From the NCBI GenBank assembly GCA_964016885.1, contig CAXHJY010000409.1, positions 109,535-173,534 of the forward strand: DNA of 64,000 bases. Direction: 5' to 3'. Positions within the stretch are counted from its first letter, which is position 1; each line of letters starts with the position of its first letter. A program made the position numbers and the translations under genes. The stretch comes from Eledone cirrhosa. Lineage: Eukaryota. Below are positions 12,317-23,194 of this stretch, piece after piece. The notes beneath the pieces were generated by a model, which made no database searches, was not told the origin of the DNA, and saw only the letters and a list, made by a program, of their open reading frames with translations.

Positions 12317-13046
12317 TCTACTTATATATATAACCAGCAATTTCTCTGTCTGTCTGTCCGACAGTGGAAACACGTGCGTAGAGAGAGAGTGAGAGTGAAA
12401 GAAAGAGACAGACTACGAGAGGGGGATAGCGGGAGGGAGAGAGGGAGAGAGAGGGAGTGAATAGACGCTAAAACACGTGCTACAGAAACATTACCTTCCC
12501 CTCTCCACTGACTTTGGTCACTGAGGCCGAGGGAATCGCTGGTTGCTATAGAGACACCTTGCACAAGCCAGAAGTAACCAGTTCGAGGCGGTTCTGACTT
12601 GACACCATGCGAAGAAGGTTGCCATTGAATTTGTGGTTGTTGATGCTGATAATAAGGACCATTTGAAGAAGGTTGCTGCTGATGAGGTAATTTATTAATC
12701 AGATTGCGCAGTTCCATAACCTACGTTTGATCTGTTCAATTTTTTTCTTCAATTTTTTTTGTTGTTTTTTTTTTATTTCTTATTGAAAAAATATAAATAA
12801 TAAAATAAGGTTAGAAATTTAAATACAATTAAATACGATTTAATTTCCATTTCCAGCAGCCAATGTCCAGTGTTCAATTTCATGAAAAAATTGGAAATAA
12901 TTCAAAAAATTGAAGTTTAACTTTTGAACATTTGTTTTGACAATAAAAAAATATTTCCTTATTCACACCTAATGGTATGATTAAAATTTCAGTATATACA
13001 CTAGATTTGCTAGCAGAAAACCGCCCACCGGGTGGTTTTCTGCTAG
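12317..13046 (+). mobile_element. Non-autonomous Helitron-like element, unit 1
   Basis: Starts A|TC followed by tatatata and gtctgtctgt. Ends in hairpin ctagcagaaaacc...ggttttctgctag with terminal CTAG. Confidence 0.75.
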
Positions 13047-13833
13047 TCTCCTTATAATATATAACCAGCAATTTCTCTGTCTGTCTGTCCGACAGTGGAA
13101 ACACGTGCGCGCGTGGTTGCTATCTCTCTCTCTCTCCAGCTATCCCTCTCTTTTAGTCTGTCTGTTTCTCTCACTCTCACTCTTTCTCTTTGTAACACAC
13201 TAACATTCCTCCCCTCTATCGCTGTGACGAATGGGGAGATGGAGGTGGAGGAGGAGGAGTCACTTCGTCACTTCACCTCTGCCTTTCTTTCTCTCCCCTC
13301 TCACTCCCTCATTACGTACAGACATTAGGGCGGTGGATTAGCAGAATCTGTAGAGAGTCAGACACCATGCTTCATAGCATGGAGTTACGTCCCTTTACGG
13401 TCTGGGTTCAAATACCGCTGAGGTTAACTTTGCCTTTCATCCTCACGGGGTCGATAAAATAAAGTACCAGTAATGTACTGGGTAATTGCTGGCCTTGTGC
13501 CCAAAGTAGAAACAATTATTAGAAACATTGCTTCATTTTTACATATCTAAGCATTAGTAAAATAACTAATAATTTCAAAAGTAATTTTTCAATTCCAATT
13601 GTTATGAACAGCAAAACATTAATAATAATTTTGTTCTAAGAAATATATATACATTTCTGTGTGTGTAATATATATATATACACACAGAAATATATATACA
13701 TTTCTGTGTTGTAATATATATATATAAACACACAGAAATATATATATATACACACAGAAATATATATACATTTCTGTGTGTGTAATATATATATATATAC
13801 ACACAGAAATATATATACATTTCTGTGTGTGTA

Positions 13834-13870
<37 letters not shown>

Positions 13871-14422
13871 GAAATATATGGGCATTTCTCTGTTTGTCTG
13901 CTGTCTGTCTGTCTGTCCTTCCCTAAAACTCAAATGTAGGTGCTACAGAAATATTACCTTCCCCTTCCTTTCTCCACTTTGGTACTACCAAGAGAAACAC
14001 TGTCGCTATAGAAACATTACCTTCCCCTCTCCACTGACTTTGGTCACTAAGGCCGAGGGAATCGCTGGTTGCTATAGAGACACCTTGCACAAGCCAGAAG
14101 TAACCAGTTCGAGGCGGTTCTGACTTGACACCATGCCAAGGACTATTTGAAGATATATTTCCATCGTTATATCATAACGTTTATGTATCATAACGTTTAT
14201 ATTTCCGTCACTAATCTCTTTTTCTCCTTTTTCGTTTTAACATATATTTATTTCAAAGATTTCACCGTATAGATAACATATATATTTATACATGCATAAA
14301 AGACACACCGAAAGACGGTGAACATGTGGTGCCGAAAACACTTCTCATCCAAATCTCAACAATATCAGTATATACACTAGATTTGCTAGCAGAAAACCGC
14401 CCACCGGGTGGTTTTCTGCTAG
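13047..14422 (+). mobile_element. Non-autonomous Helitron-like element, unit 2 (contains a SINE at 13327-13520 and a palindromic microsatellite at 13630-13875)
   Basis: Starts TC immediately after the CTAG of unit 1. Same head (tatataaccagcaatttctctgtctgtctgtccgacagtggaaacacgtgcg) and identical 3' hairpin/CTAG at 14386-14422. Confidence 0.75.
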
Positions 14423-15696
14423 TCTATATATATAAAACAGAGGATGTCTGTCTGTGTGTCTATTTTCCTAAAACTCGAGAAGTACCCAACCGTTTTTTTT
14501 TCAAACTTTACTCATGTAACCCGTATGACCCCGGAAGTGTTTTGAGCAAAAAAATTTCAAATTATTCTGACCTAGGGATCGAATTAGTGAAGTGGCCAAT
14601 GTCTGTACATAATGAGGGAGTGAGAGGGGAGAGAAAGAAACGGAGAGGCGAAATGAAGAAGTGGCTCTCTACTCCTCCTCCTCCTTATCCCCATTCGTCA
14701 CAGCGTTTTTCGATAGAGGGGAGAAATGTGAACGAGTTACAGAGAAAGAGTGAGAGTGAAAGAAACAGACAGACTAAAAGAGGAGGATAGCGGGAGAGAG
14801 AGAGAGAGAGTGACAGACGCCGTCTTTTGAGAGTTGTATGCGTCAAAGATACATGACAGTGGAATAACTATTGCGTGTGTGTGTACGTACCCGCGTGTGT
14901 GTGTGAGTTTGTGTGCGTTTGCATGCGTGAGTGTGTATGTGTGCGTGAGTGATTATAAACTCTCTCACATGGTCTGATGGAATTAACCCTTTAGCATTTA
15001 CATTACTCTATATATACTATATTATTTTCATGGTAAAGGCTTTATCTCATATAATATAAAAATCTCATAGATTTAATATTATTTATTTTGAGAACAATAC
15101 CTTAACCCTTTAGTATTAATGTGAGTGAGTTATAAAGAGAAAGAGTGAGAGTGAAAGAAACAGACAGACTAAAAGAGGGGGATAGCGGGAGAGAGAGACG
15201 CTGGAAGAGGGGAAGGAAAGCTATATGTCTTGCTGTCTGCATTACGATACATATATATACACACACACACTGATCGCGTCATAATGACGTAATACAGACA
15301 GATATTATAAGGGCGCAACGTTATATCTATGTATCTATCTAAAAGGAAAGACTAAGAATTATAGAGAGAGATCGCTAAATCGCCTAATGCTGTCCCCAGG
15401 GCATTGTACATTTGAAATATTTTTTGCTCAAAACACTCACAGGACCATAAGTATTACATGTGTAAAGTTTGAAAACAATCGGTTGGGTGGTTCTCAAGTT
15501 TTAGTGAGCTGACAGACAGACAGACATTCCCTGTTTTAGATATATAGATATATATATAATTATATATTCGTGTACAGATATTTTTGCATACACAATAACA
15601 AAATATAAATAAACGTATTTATTTCACGAGGCTCAATAAGGATAAATATATATCAAATATATAAGAATCCCGAGTAACGCCGGGCCATTCTGCTAG
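14423..15696 (+). mobile_element. Non-autonomous Helitron-like element, unit 3 (different subfamily, composite)
   Basis: TCtatatatataaaacagaggatgtctgtctg head directly after CTAG. 3' hairpin cccgagtaacgccggg then CTAG|T at 15693-15697. Confidence 0.65.
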
Positions 15697-15719
15697 TATT
15701 ATTATATAATAAATATTGA

Positions 15720-15905
15720 TAGAACGTCGAACATTCTTAGTTGCATACAGTTGCGTCCCTCTACGTTTTGAGTTCAAAGATTAGTTTTGCCTTTCACCCT
15801 TATGGGGTTGATAAAATATAGTACTAGTAATGTACTGGGATCGATGTAATCAACTTCCCCTTCCCCCCAAAATTGCTGACCTTGTGCCTAAATCATAAAC
15901 CATTA
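15720..15905 (+). mobile_element. Diverged SINE family A
   Basis: gagttcaaa box, core tttgcctttcacccttatggggttgataaaatatagtac, tail ccttgtgcctaaatc. Confidence 0.8.
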
Positions 15906-16403
15906 TTGTATAATTTAGTTTTATTATTGTTATATAATATAATATTAAAATTTGGAAATGTATAATTGTTCAGTATTATAGAAGTTAAGGGCCCAAAAAC
16001 ACTTGATTGAGGAGGTTTTCTTCTATGAAGACCTTCTGCTGTTCAGCTCTCATGAGAGTTCCTTACCTCTATATATTTAGAAAATGTTCATACTAACACA
16101 TCTAAACATTACAGTCACCACTAAATAATTATGTAACGGGAACTGAATCAGTAGGAATTATATCAGCTACTATGTAACATCATCATCATCATCCTCACCA
16201 CCACCATCACCAGCTTACATCTCTCCATGCTTGCATAGGTTGGACAGGTCCTCTCTAGCACAACTTTCCTCCTCTGTTGTGTCCCTTCGTCACTCTTCTG
16301 CGAGCTTCAGCATTTTGAGATCAGTTCTAATCATATATTGTAGTAATAGGTAGGTGAAAAAATTCAAGGTATAGAGCTACTCAAGTCTGTAGGGTCAGTT
16401 TCA

Positions 16404-16815
16404 TCATCATCGTCACCGTTTTAGGTCCGTTCTTCCACGCTAACATGGGTTAGACGGGTTGACCTGTTGTGGGCAGTGTCCGGTCAGCTGACCATGCCTT
16501 GCTCATACGGGAACTGATTCTGGCTTGATTTCTACAGCTGGATGCCCTTCCTAACACCAACCTCATTTACAGTGAGTGCTGGGTGTTTTTTTTCCGTGGC
16601 GCCTACACGTCCACTTTACAGTGTGGGTTGGGTGCTTTTTGGCCGTGGCACCTCCATGACCACTTTGCAGTGGGAGGGTGTGGGGGCATATTGTCTATAT
16701 GCTTCAGCTTCGGCTTGTACACGTGGGGGGTTGGGTCTTCTGTATTACTGCGTGACGCCAGAGGTCACGGTCATGTGACATCACCTTTGAGAGGTGTAAT
16801 TGGGTGAGGTCGGCT
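16404..16815 (-). mobile_element. 3' fragment of the RTE LINE
   Basis: Close reverse complement of 20110-20520, including the (GAT)n tail. Confidence 0.9.
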
Positions 16816-17003
16816 TATAATTATTAAGGTCAGTTACTACAATGGCACCACACCAGGTACATATGTTTCGTTGGTTTTGAGGACTAACTTGTTCAACTTG
16901 TGCTGATAAAAAGGCATCAGCACAGGTTGAACAAGTTGGTCTTCAGGACCAATGAAGCATACCTGGTGTGGTGCCGTTGTAGTAACTAGCCTTAATAATT
17001 ATA
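16816..17003 (+). other. 188-nt long inverted repeat (foldback hairpin or MITE)
   Basis: Arms 16816-16907 and 16916-17003, 8-nt loop aaaaaggc, 10 substitutions and one 4-nt indel, TA at both ends. Confidence 0.9.
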
Positions 17004-17084
17004 TCTGTAAAATCATGGAGTGAGTAGCAAACAGCAATCTTAGAAGAATTCTATTTGTCTGGTTCATTAAAATTAATACATATA

Positions 17085-17570
17085 TCATCATCATCATCAT
17101 CATCGTTTAACATCTATCTTCCACGCTAGCATGGGTTTAGACAGGAATTGTCCCACTTGAGGCAAGATTGGTCGTCTTGCTTGTATAGGACTGTCTGGAA
17201 GGTTTTCTACGGCTGGATGCCCTTCCTAACACCAACCACGTTTACAGTGTGGACTAGGAGGTTTTTACCGTGTTACCTACACGGCCACATTACAGCGTGG
17301 GCATTGTTATTTTTATGTCGTGACACCTACACGACCTCATTTATTTAGGACTGGATGTTGTGGTACCAACATAACTTTACAGAGAAAGGGTGGTATTGAT
17401 GGGGGTGGGGATGGGGGAGTTGGGGTAGTGGGATGGTGGAGTTTGAGTAGTGAGATGGGGGTATATATTTGATTAAGAGGTGCCTACTGACTGTAGGTTT
17501 TGCTGATGGCTGCAAACTCTGCTAAGGGTATTGCAATTGCTTGTCAGATTACAGAAAATGGTGCACTTTT
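17085..17570 (-). mobile_element. RTE-derived short element (3' UTR domain plus (GAT)n tail)
   Basis: (cat)n tail, then ctggatgcccttcctaacaccaacc domain. Closely similar to 61606-62070. Confidence 0.8.
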
Positions 17571-17637
17571 AGGCTACGGCCAGCCACACGAACCTGTAAC
17601 ATAACCTGAACAAGCAATGCCTGCGCTTTGAAGGTGT

Positions 17638-17682
<45 letters not shown>

Positions 17683-17899
17683 AACGCATGCACAATCTGC
17701 TATAATGATAACCTGTTGTATATAAATATACACAAATATATTAATTTCGACTATGAGCATTCAGCCATTCAAACAACTAGGCATTTAAGTGGTTGAGTAG
17801 TCCATAGATGTATGTACTCTTAACGTAATTCTCAGGCAGTATCAGCCTGAGACAATGTGTGAATTACAGATATAATCCATTCAACAGGCTTCCACTAAG

Positions 17900-18530
17900 T
17901 GTCTGTCTACCCAATTATACTCACAGGTTTTGGGTCAACCCATGGCTATGAGAAAGTCTGGTACAGCCAATTGGCAAGACCCTCTCCATAACGGGATCAC
18001 GCAGTTCCACACTGTAAATGTGGTTGCTGTTAGGAAGGACATCTAGCAGCCATAAGAACCCAGCCAAGGCATGGTCCCATATGAGCAAAGTACAGTGCAG
18101 CCAACTGGCCAGACTTTCCTCATAAGGACAGTCAGCTATTCCTACACTGTAAATGTGGTTGGTGTTTAGGAAAGGCATCTTGCAGCCATCCTCAACCAAA
18201 ACACAGGCCCCGTTATGAACAACATTCAACATGACCAACTAGCCAGACTTAACTCATTACGAGTTTACTCAGTTCCCAAATATGGATTTGCTTATGAGCA
18301 GAATATGGCATAGCCAATTGGCCAGACACCTCTCATAACAGGACCATCCAGTTCCTCACTGTTAACGTGGTTGGTGTTAGGAAGTGCATCCAGCTGTAAA
18401 AAAAATGGCAAAAATAGTTCCGTTTGAGAAAGGTACAACATGGCCAAATGGTCAGACTTGCCTCATAGCATGGATGACCTGTCTGACCTATGCAAGCATA
18501 GAAAATAAGATGTTAAATGGTGATGATAAT
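17900..18530 (+). repeat. Degenerate tandem duplications of the RTE 3' UTR domain
   Basis: Three variants of cactgtaaatgtggttggtgttaggaagg(c)atc..gc..., ending in a gatgat tail. Confidence 0.65.
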
Positions 18531-18549
18531 ATATATATATATATATATA

Positions 18550-18652
18550 TATGGGGTGTCCCCAAAAATGTATACACACTTTGATTACCTGTACAAGCAA
18601 TATTTATTAGAATGCTGTTGAAGTGTGTATATATTTTTGGGGGACACCCTAT
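18550..18652. mobile_element. Tc1/mariner-like MITE in (TA)n
   Basis: TIRs gggtgtccccaaaaatgtatacacactt / aagtgtgtatatatttttgggggacaccc, flanked by TA. Confidence 0.7.
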
Positions 18653-18679
18653 ATATAACCTATATATATATATATATAA

Positions 18680-20523
18680 CCACACGTATCGTTAACCAGG
18701 TAATACTAGAAGGTGCCATACCAAAAGATTGGTGCAGTAGCATCATTGTCAACTGCTACAAAGGTAAAGGCGATGCACTAGATAGAGGAAACTATAGAGG
18801 TATGAAGTTGATGGACCAGGTCATGAAAGTAACAGAAAGAGTTATAGCACAGCTGATTAGGGACCGGGTGAAAATAGACGAGATGCAATTTGGGTTTGTA
18901 CCAGGGAGAGGCACCACTGATGCCCTCTTCCTTGTGAGGCAATTACAGGAAAAGTACCTAGCTAAACGTAAGCCACTCTACTTGGCATTTGTCGACCTTG
19001 AGAAAGCCTTTGACAGAGTTCCACATTCTGTAATCTGGTGGGCTCTTAGAAAACTATGAGTAGATGAATGGCTTGTGAAAGCGGTACAAGCCATGTATAG
19101 GGGAGCAGTCAGCAAAGTTAGGATTAGCAATGAGTATAGCGAGGAATTTAGGGTACAGGTTGGGGTCCACCAGGGCTCTGTTCTTAGCCCTCTCCTGTTC
19201 ATCATAGTCCTGCAGGCAATAACGGAGGAGTTTAAGACCGGATGCCCATGGGAACTCCTGTATGCTGATGAACTCGCACTCATAGCTGAATCTATGGTAG
19301 AACTAGAGAATAAATTCCAAACTTGGAAGCAGGGACTAGAAAGAAAGGGTCTCAAAGTCAACATGACAAAGACTAAGGTCCTTGTAAGTAGACGAGAAAA
19401 CAGAACCCAGATCCCCTCAGGGAAATGGCCTTGCTCAGTATGTAGGAAAGGTGTAGGTTGGAACTCCATTCTCTGCCCCAAATGCAAACAACGGGTACAC
19501 AAAAGATGTAGCGGGATCTCAGGAAGCTTAATTAAGAATGTAGAATTCACATGCAGCAGCTGTGCTGATACAGCAAGCAGCAAACAGCCACAGGAAACAA
19601 GTACCACCAATCTCTGGGAGGGCCCTGTAGAAACAGTAGACAGCTTCTTCTACCTAGGTGACCGAATTAGCAGCGGAGGTGGGTGTTCAGAAAGTACAAT
19701 AACTAGGGTAAGAACGGGATGGAAGAAGTTTAGGGAACTACTACCACTACTAGCTGCAAAAGGCTTCTCCCTCAGAATGAAAGGCAGACTGTATGATGCG
19801 TGTATCCGAACAGTGATGTTGCATGGTAGTGAGACCTGGGCGCTGAAGGTGGAAGACTTACGTAGATTAGAGAGAAACGAAGCCTGTATGCTCCGATGGA
19901 TGTGTAACAGTAATATACGTGAACGACAAAACATAAATGAATTGAGAGAGAGACTGAGGAATCAAATGCTGTGTGCAAGAGAGGCGGTTGCGTGGGTATG
20001 GACATGTGATGCGTATGAAGGATGACAGCTGCATAAAAAGATGCAGAGCACTAGAAGTCGATGGAAACCGCGGAGTGGGTAGACCCAAGATGACCTGGGA
20101 TGAGGTGATAAAAGCCGACCTTACCCAATTGCACCTCTCAAAGACAATGACACACGACCGTGACTTCTGGCGTCACGCAGTAATACAGAGTACCCGACCT
20201 CCCATGGGTACAAGCTGAAGCATATAGACAATATGCTCCCACACCCCCCACCGCAAGGTGGTCGTGGAGGTGCCACGGCAAAAAAGCACCCAGCCCACAC
20301 TGTAAAGTGGACGTGTAGGCGCCATGAAAAAGCACCCAGCACTCACTATAAATGAGGTTGGTGTTAGGAAGGGCATCCAGCTGTAGAAATCAAGCCAAAT
20401 CAGTTCCTGTATGAGCAAGGCATGGTCAGCCGACCAGATACTGCCCACAACACGACAACCCGTCTAACCCATGCTAGCGTGGAAGAACGGACGTAAAACG
20501 GTGATGATAATGATGATGATGAT
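18680..20523 (+). mobile_element. 5'-truncated RTE-clade LINE (RT plus Cys-rich finger), inactivated
   Basis: YKGKGDALDRGNYRGMKLM, QFGFVPGRGTTDA, FVDLEKAFDRV, GVHQGSVLSP, LLYADE, CSVC..CPKC..H.RC..CSSC, GRPKMTW. In-frame TGA at 19057-19059, frameshift near 19955, (GAT)n tail. Confidence 0.95.
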
Positions 20524-20611
20524 ATATAAGTTTATCCCGAGTTCAATCGGGTGTAACCACAGTAAGTAAGGTACTCAATACAAAGCAGAGTATAAATATT
20601 TAATATAGAAA

Positions 20612-20662
20612 GGCTTCTACAGGACTAGAACTGTTTCATTTGGGAGAAATCATCAGGAAGCC
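20612..20662 (-). ncRNA. Type I hammerhead ribozyme motif
   Basis: Minus strand: GGCUUC-CUGAUGA-uuucucccaaau-GAAA-CAG-uucuaguc-CUG-UA-GAAGCC. Helix I is a perfect 6 bp, helix III is ACAG/CUGU, cleavage triplet GUA. Helix II is weak and non-canonical. Confidence 0.75.
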
Positions 20663-20675
20663 AGCTGTCCAAGTA

Positions 20676-20712
<37 letters not shown>

Positions 20713-21559
20713 CACATATATGTGTGTGTATGGTGTATAATAAGTCTTGTAATGTATGCACCTTGTGGTGAATGTTTGTGCATGTGTTTAACCTGGGATC
20801 CACATAAGTCAATACAAACTGACCATTGCCAGAAGTTGAGTGAAAATTCAATAGCAAAGAAAGGTAACAGAACCTACTGTAAGCTGGGTTATGGTTGACT
20901 ACTAGAATAACTTCCATTCGCTTTCATACTCAGAACACAACATTGTAAGCTATCAAAACACAAAGTTAATGGTGTGTGGTATGTTTTTGGCTTCATTATA
21001 CCATTGAATTAACTGTCCCTATTTCTACCTTAGTTAACTAGCCTTGTCAAGACATAGTCACTAATAAATTGATACTATTCTGTGTTACTGTTACTGTTAC
21101 TGTTACTGTTTGGGTGTCCTCAACTCCGGGCTGTTGCCTTCTTCTGCCAAATTGGGATGAGGACATTGTGCTTGGAGTAGGAACCACTTGAGATGGAATT
21201 GTTGCCCCAGTGGATATCGCTAGCTGTATCTTCATGGCAATACTCTTGTCATCTTTTCTACAGGGTGTCACTAAGATATACTGTCCAATAAAAGGTGTAG
21301 ATTTTACCTATCTTTCTTGCTTTTTGTTTTTGTTGTGTATATTTGAAAGACTTAAAATTATTTTACAATCAAGCTATATCTTGCCTCCCTCTCTTCATAC
21401 CTTACAATATATTTCTGGCTCCCCTTCTCCGTTACTAATAACCTTTCTTTTTCTATACCCCTGGCTGCCTTCTATTTCTATGTATAATTATATCCCAAGT
21501 TGCCTTATTAGTAGAACCTACACACAATATGGGCAAGGAGTTCACATTAGAATCATGAA

Positions 21560-21830
21560 ATTCCCGTGATTCCAGTGTGATCTAAGCCTTGTGTGAAATT
21601 GGGTAGACAGAAGCTGTTTGGAAGCCCATTGGATGGACTGTAGCTATAATTCAAAGGCCAGTCTTATCACACTGTGTCAAGCTGAATCTCCTTGGGAATT
21701 ACGTTAAAGGGTACACATGTCTATGGAATACTCAGCTACTTACATAGTAATTTAATGAATAGACCGTTTTGTTGACTGGACAATGGGAACATCATCAGTT
21801 GGAATCTACAGAGATCCATTTGTTTTACGC
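21560..21830 (+). mobile_element. Dispersed repeat, probably SINE-derived (inverted related copy at 17760-17940)
   Basis: cacactgtgtcaagctgaatctccttgggaattacgttaaagggtacacatgtctatggaatactcagc resembles the reverse complement of 17785-17862. Confidence 0.5.
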
Positions 21831-22409
21831 ACAGAAACATGGCTGGTTTAGAAATATGCATGAGAAATATTACTTATATTCTAAAGTAGTGTGTATCATC
21901 ATTATATCCTCAGGTGTAGCTAGGCCAAGGCGCTGGAACAACCAAGCAGCCTCATAAGCATAAGACAAGATCTCTGCTTCAGCACTTGATTTTCCAAGTT
22001 TAAATTCCACATTGGGAAACCTCACTACTGGCCATATCATCACACTTTTATCTGTATTAAACTACAAACATTGTATAAACTGTGCTATAAAGTTATCTTG
22101 AAATATAATTATATATAATACCTCATTAAAAGAAATAAGATTAACGAGAATGTTAATAAGTGTCAAACTTATTTCTCCACAGATATGAATGGTTTTCCAG
22201 TCATTTAATACATGTGACATTCATAATTACATCTCTAATTATATTTCTTCTATTAATAAGTTTTAGAATTTTATTTTCATAGTATTGTTTATTATTTGTA
22301 GTTTAATTCTTGAAAATAGAATATTATTTTGTTTATATCTATTTTTGGATTCAACTTGGATATGAGAACAGGTTGACATGAAAATAACGAAAGTTACTAA
22401 CAGAAATAT

Positions 22410-22617
22410 TTAATAATTGTTTCTAATTTAAACACAAGGTCAACAATTTGTGAGAAGCGAAATGTCGACTCCAAGACTTAACTGGTACTTTATTTTATCG
22501 ACCCTGAAAGGATAAAAGACAAAGCTAACCTTGACTGGATTTGAACTCAGAGCTCAGCCTGTCAGAATGAATACTCCAAAGCATTCTGTCTAACGACTCT
22601 ACCAATCCAACGCCCTA
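22410..22617 (-). mobile_element. Diverged SINE family A
   Basis: ctggtactttattttatcgaccc...ggatttgaactcag. Confidence 0.8.
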
Positions 22618-22949
22618 GATTATTCAATAATAAAAATATTTTTTACTTTCGTTTTTCTACAACATTAAAATAGGAATCAACTGTTCTTGAATTGAGAAAC
22701 TCTCCAGAGAGCTGGACAGCAGAAGGTCTTCCGAGGAGAAAATCCACTCAAGCGAATGTTTCTGTCTAATGCTAAGAAAAAAAATAAAACAACGTTAATT
22801 ATTGTCGACCAAAAAAAAAATGCAAATAAAAGACTTAAAATAAACTAATTAATAGTGCTATGCGGAAAGATAAGTTGAGATATTTCAAGAAAAATAATTA
22901 TTTATAATTATTTTTCTTAACACCATTGCTTTCGCAGCGTTGCTTGATT

Positions 22950-23040
22950 TTTAACCAATGAAAATGGTTTATTCATTTGTTTCGGAGATTCAATTCGTTA
23001 GACCACGTGCCGGTTCCGGACAACTCTACTCACTTGCAAC
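22950..23040 (+). promoter_or_regulatory. Putative TIMM13 proximal promoter
   Basis: CCAAT near 22956, E-box CACGTG and ETS-like TTCCGG at about 23004-23019, 70-130 bp upstream of the ATG. Motif inference only. Confidence 0.45.
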
Positions 23041-23086
23041 AAGGAAACTAAGTTCTTATTTTTAGTGAAATCCTTTTTATTTAAAC

Positions 23087-23194
23087 ATGGATATCGGATC
23101 TTCGTCATCTCCTTTTGACCCTAGTCAGCGGGATCAACTAATGGATACAGTAAAGCAACAAATAGCTCTTGCAAATGCTCAAGAAATTTTACAG
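23087..23194 (+). CDS. TIMM13: Mitochondrial import inner membrane translocase subunit Tim13, exon 1
   Basis: ATG ... MDIGSSSSPFDPSQRDQLMDTVKQQIALANAQEILQ|gtacga. Matches the Tim13 N-terminal M.QVK.QIA.ANAQE.LQ motif. Confidence 0.93.

Noticed and set aside
13602-13933. Several ORFs rich in Y/I/C (also at 46937-47318 and 47932-48343)
   Set aside because: Artefacts of (TA)n/(CA)n microsatellites and minisatellites.
18978-19610. 210-aa minus-strand ORF
   Set aside because: Antisense shadow of the RTE reverse transcriptase.
21047-21271. 74-aa minus ORF ending in TVTVTV
   Set aside because: The end is a (CAGTAA)n repeat, probably the tail of a decayed LINE. No gene evidence.
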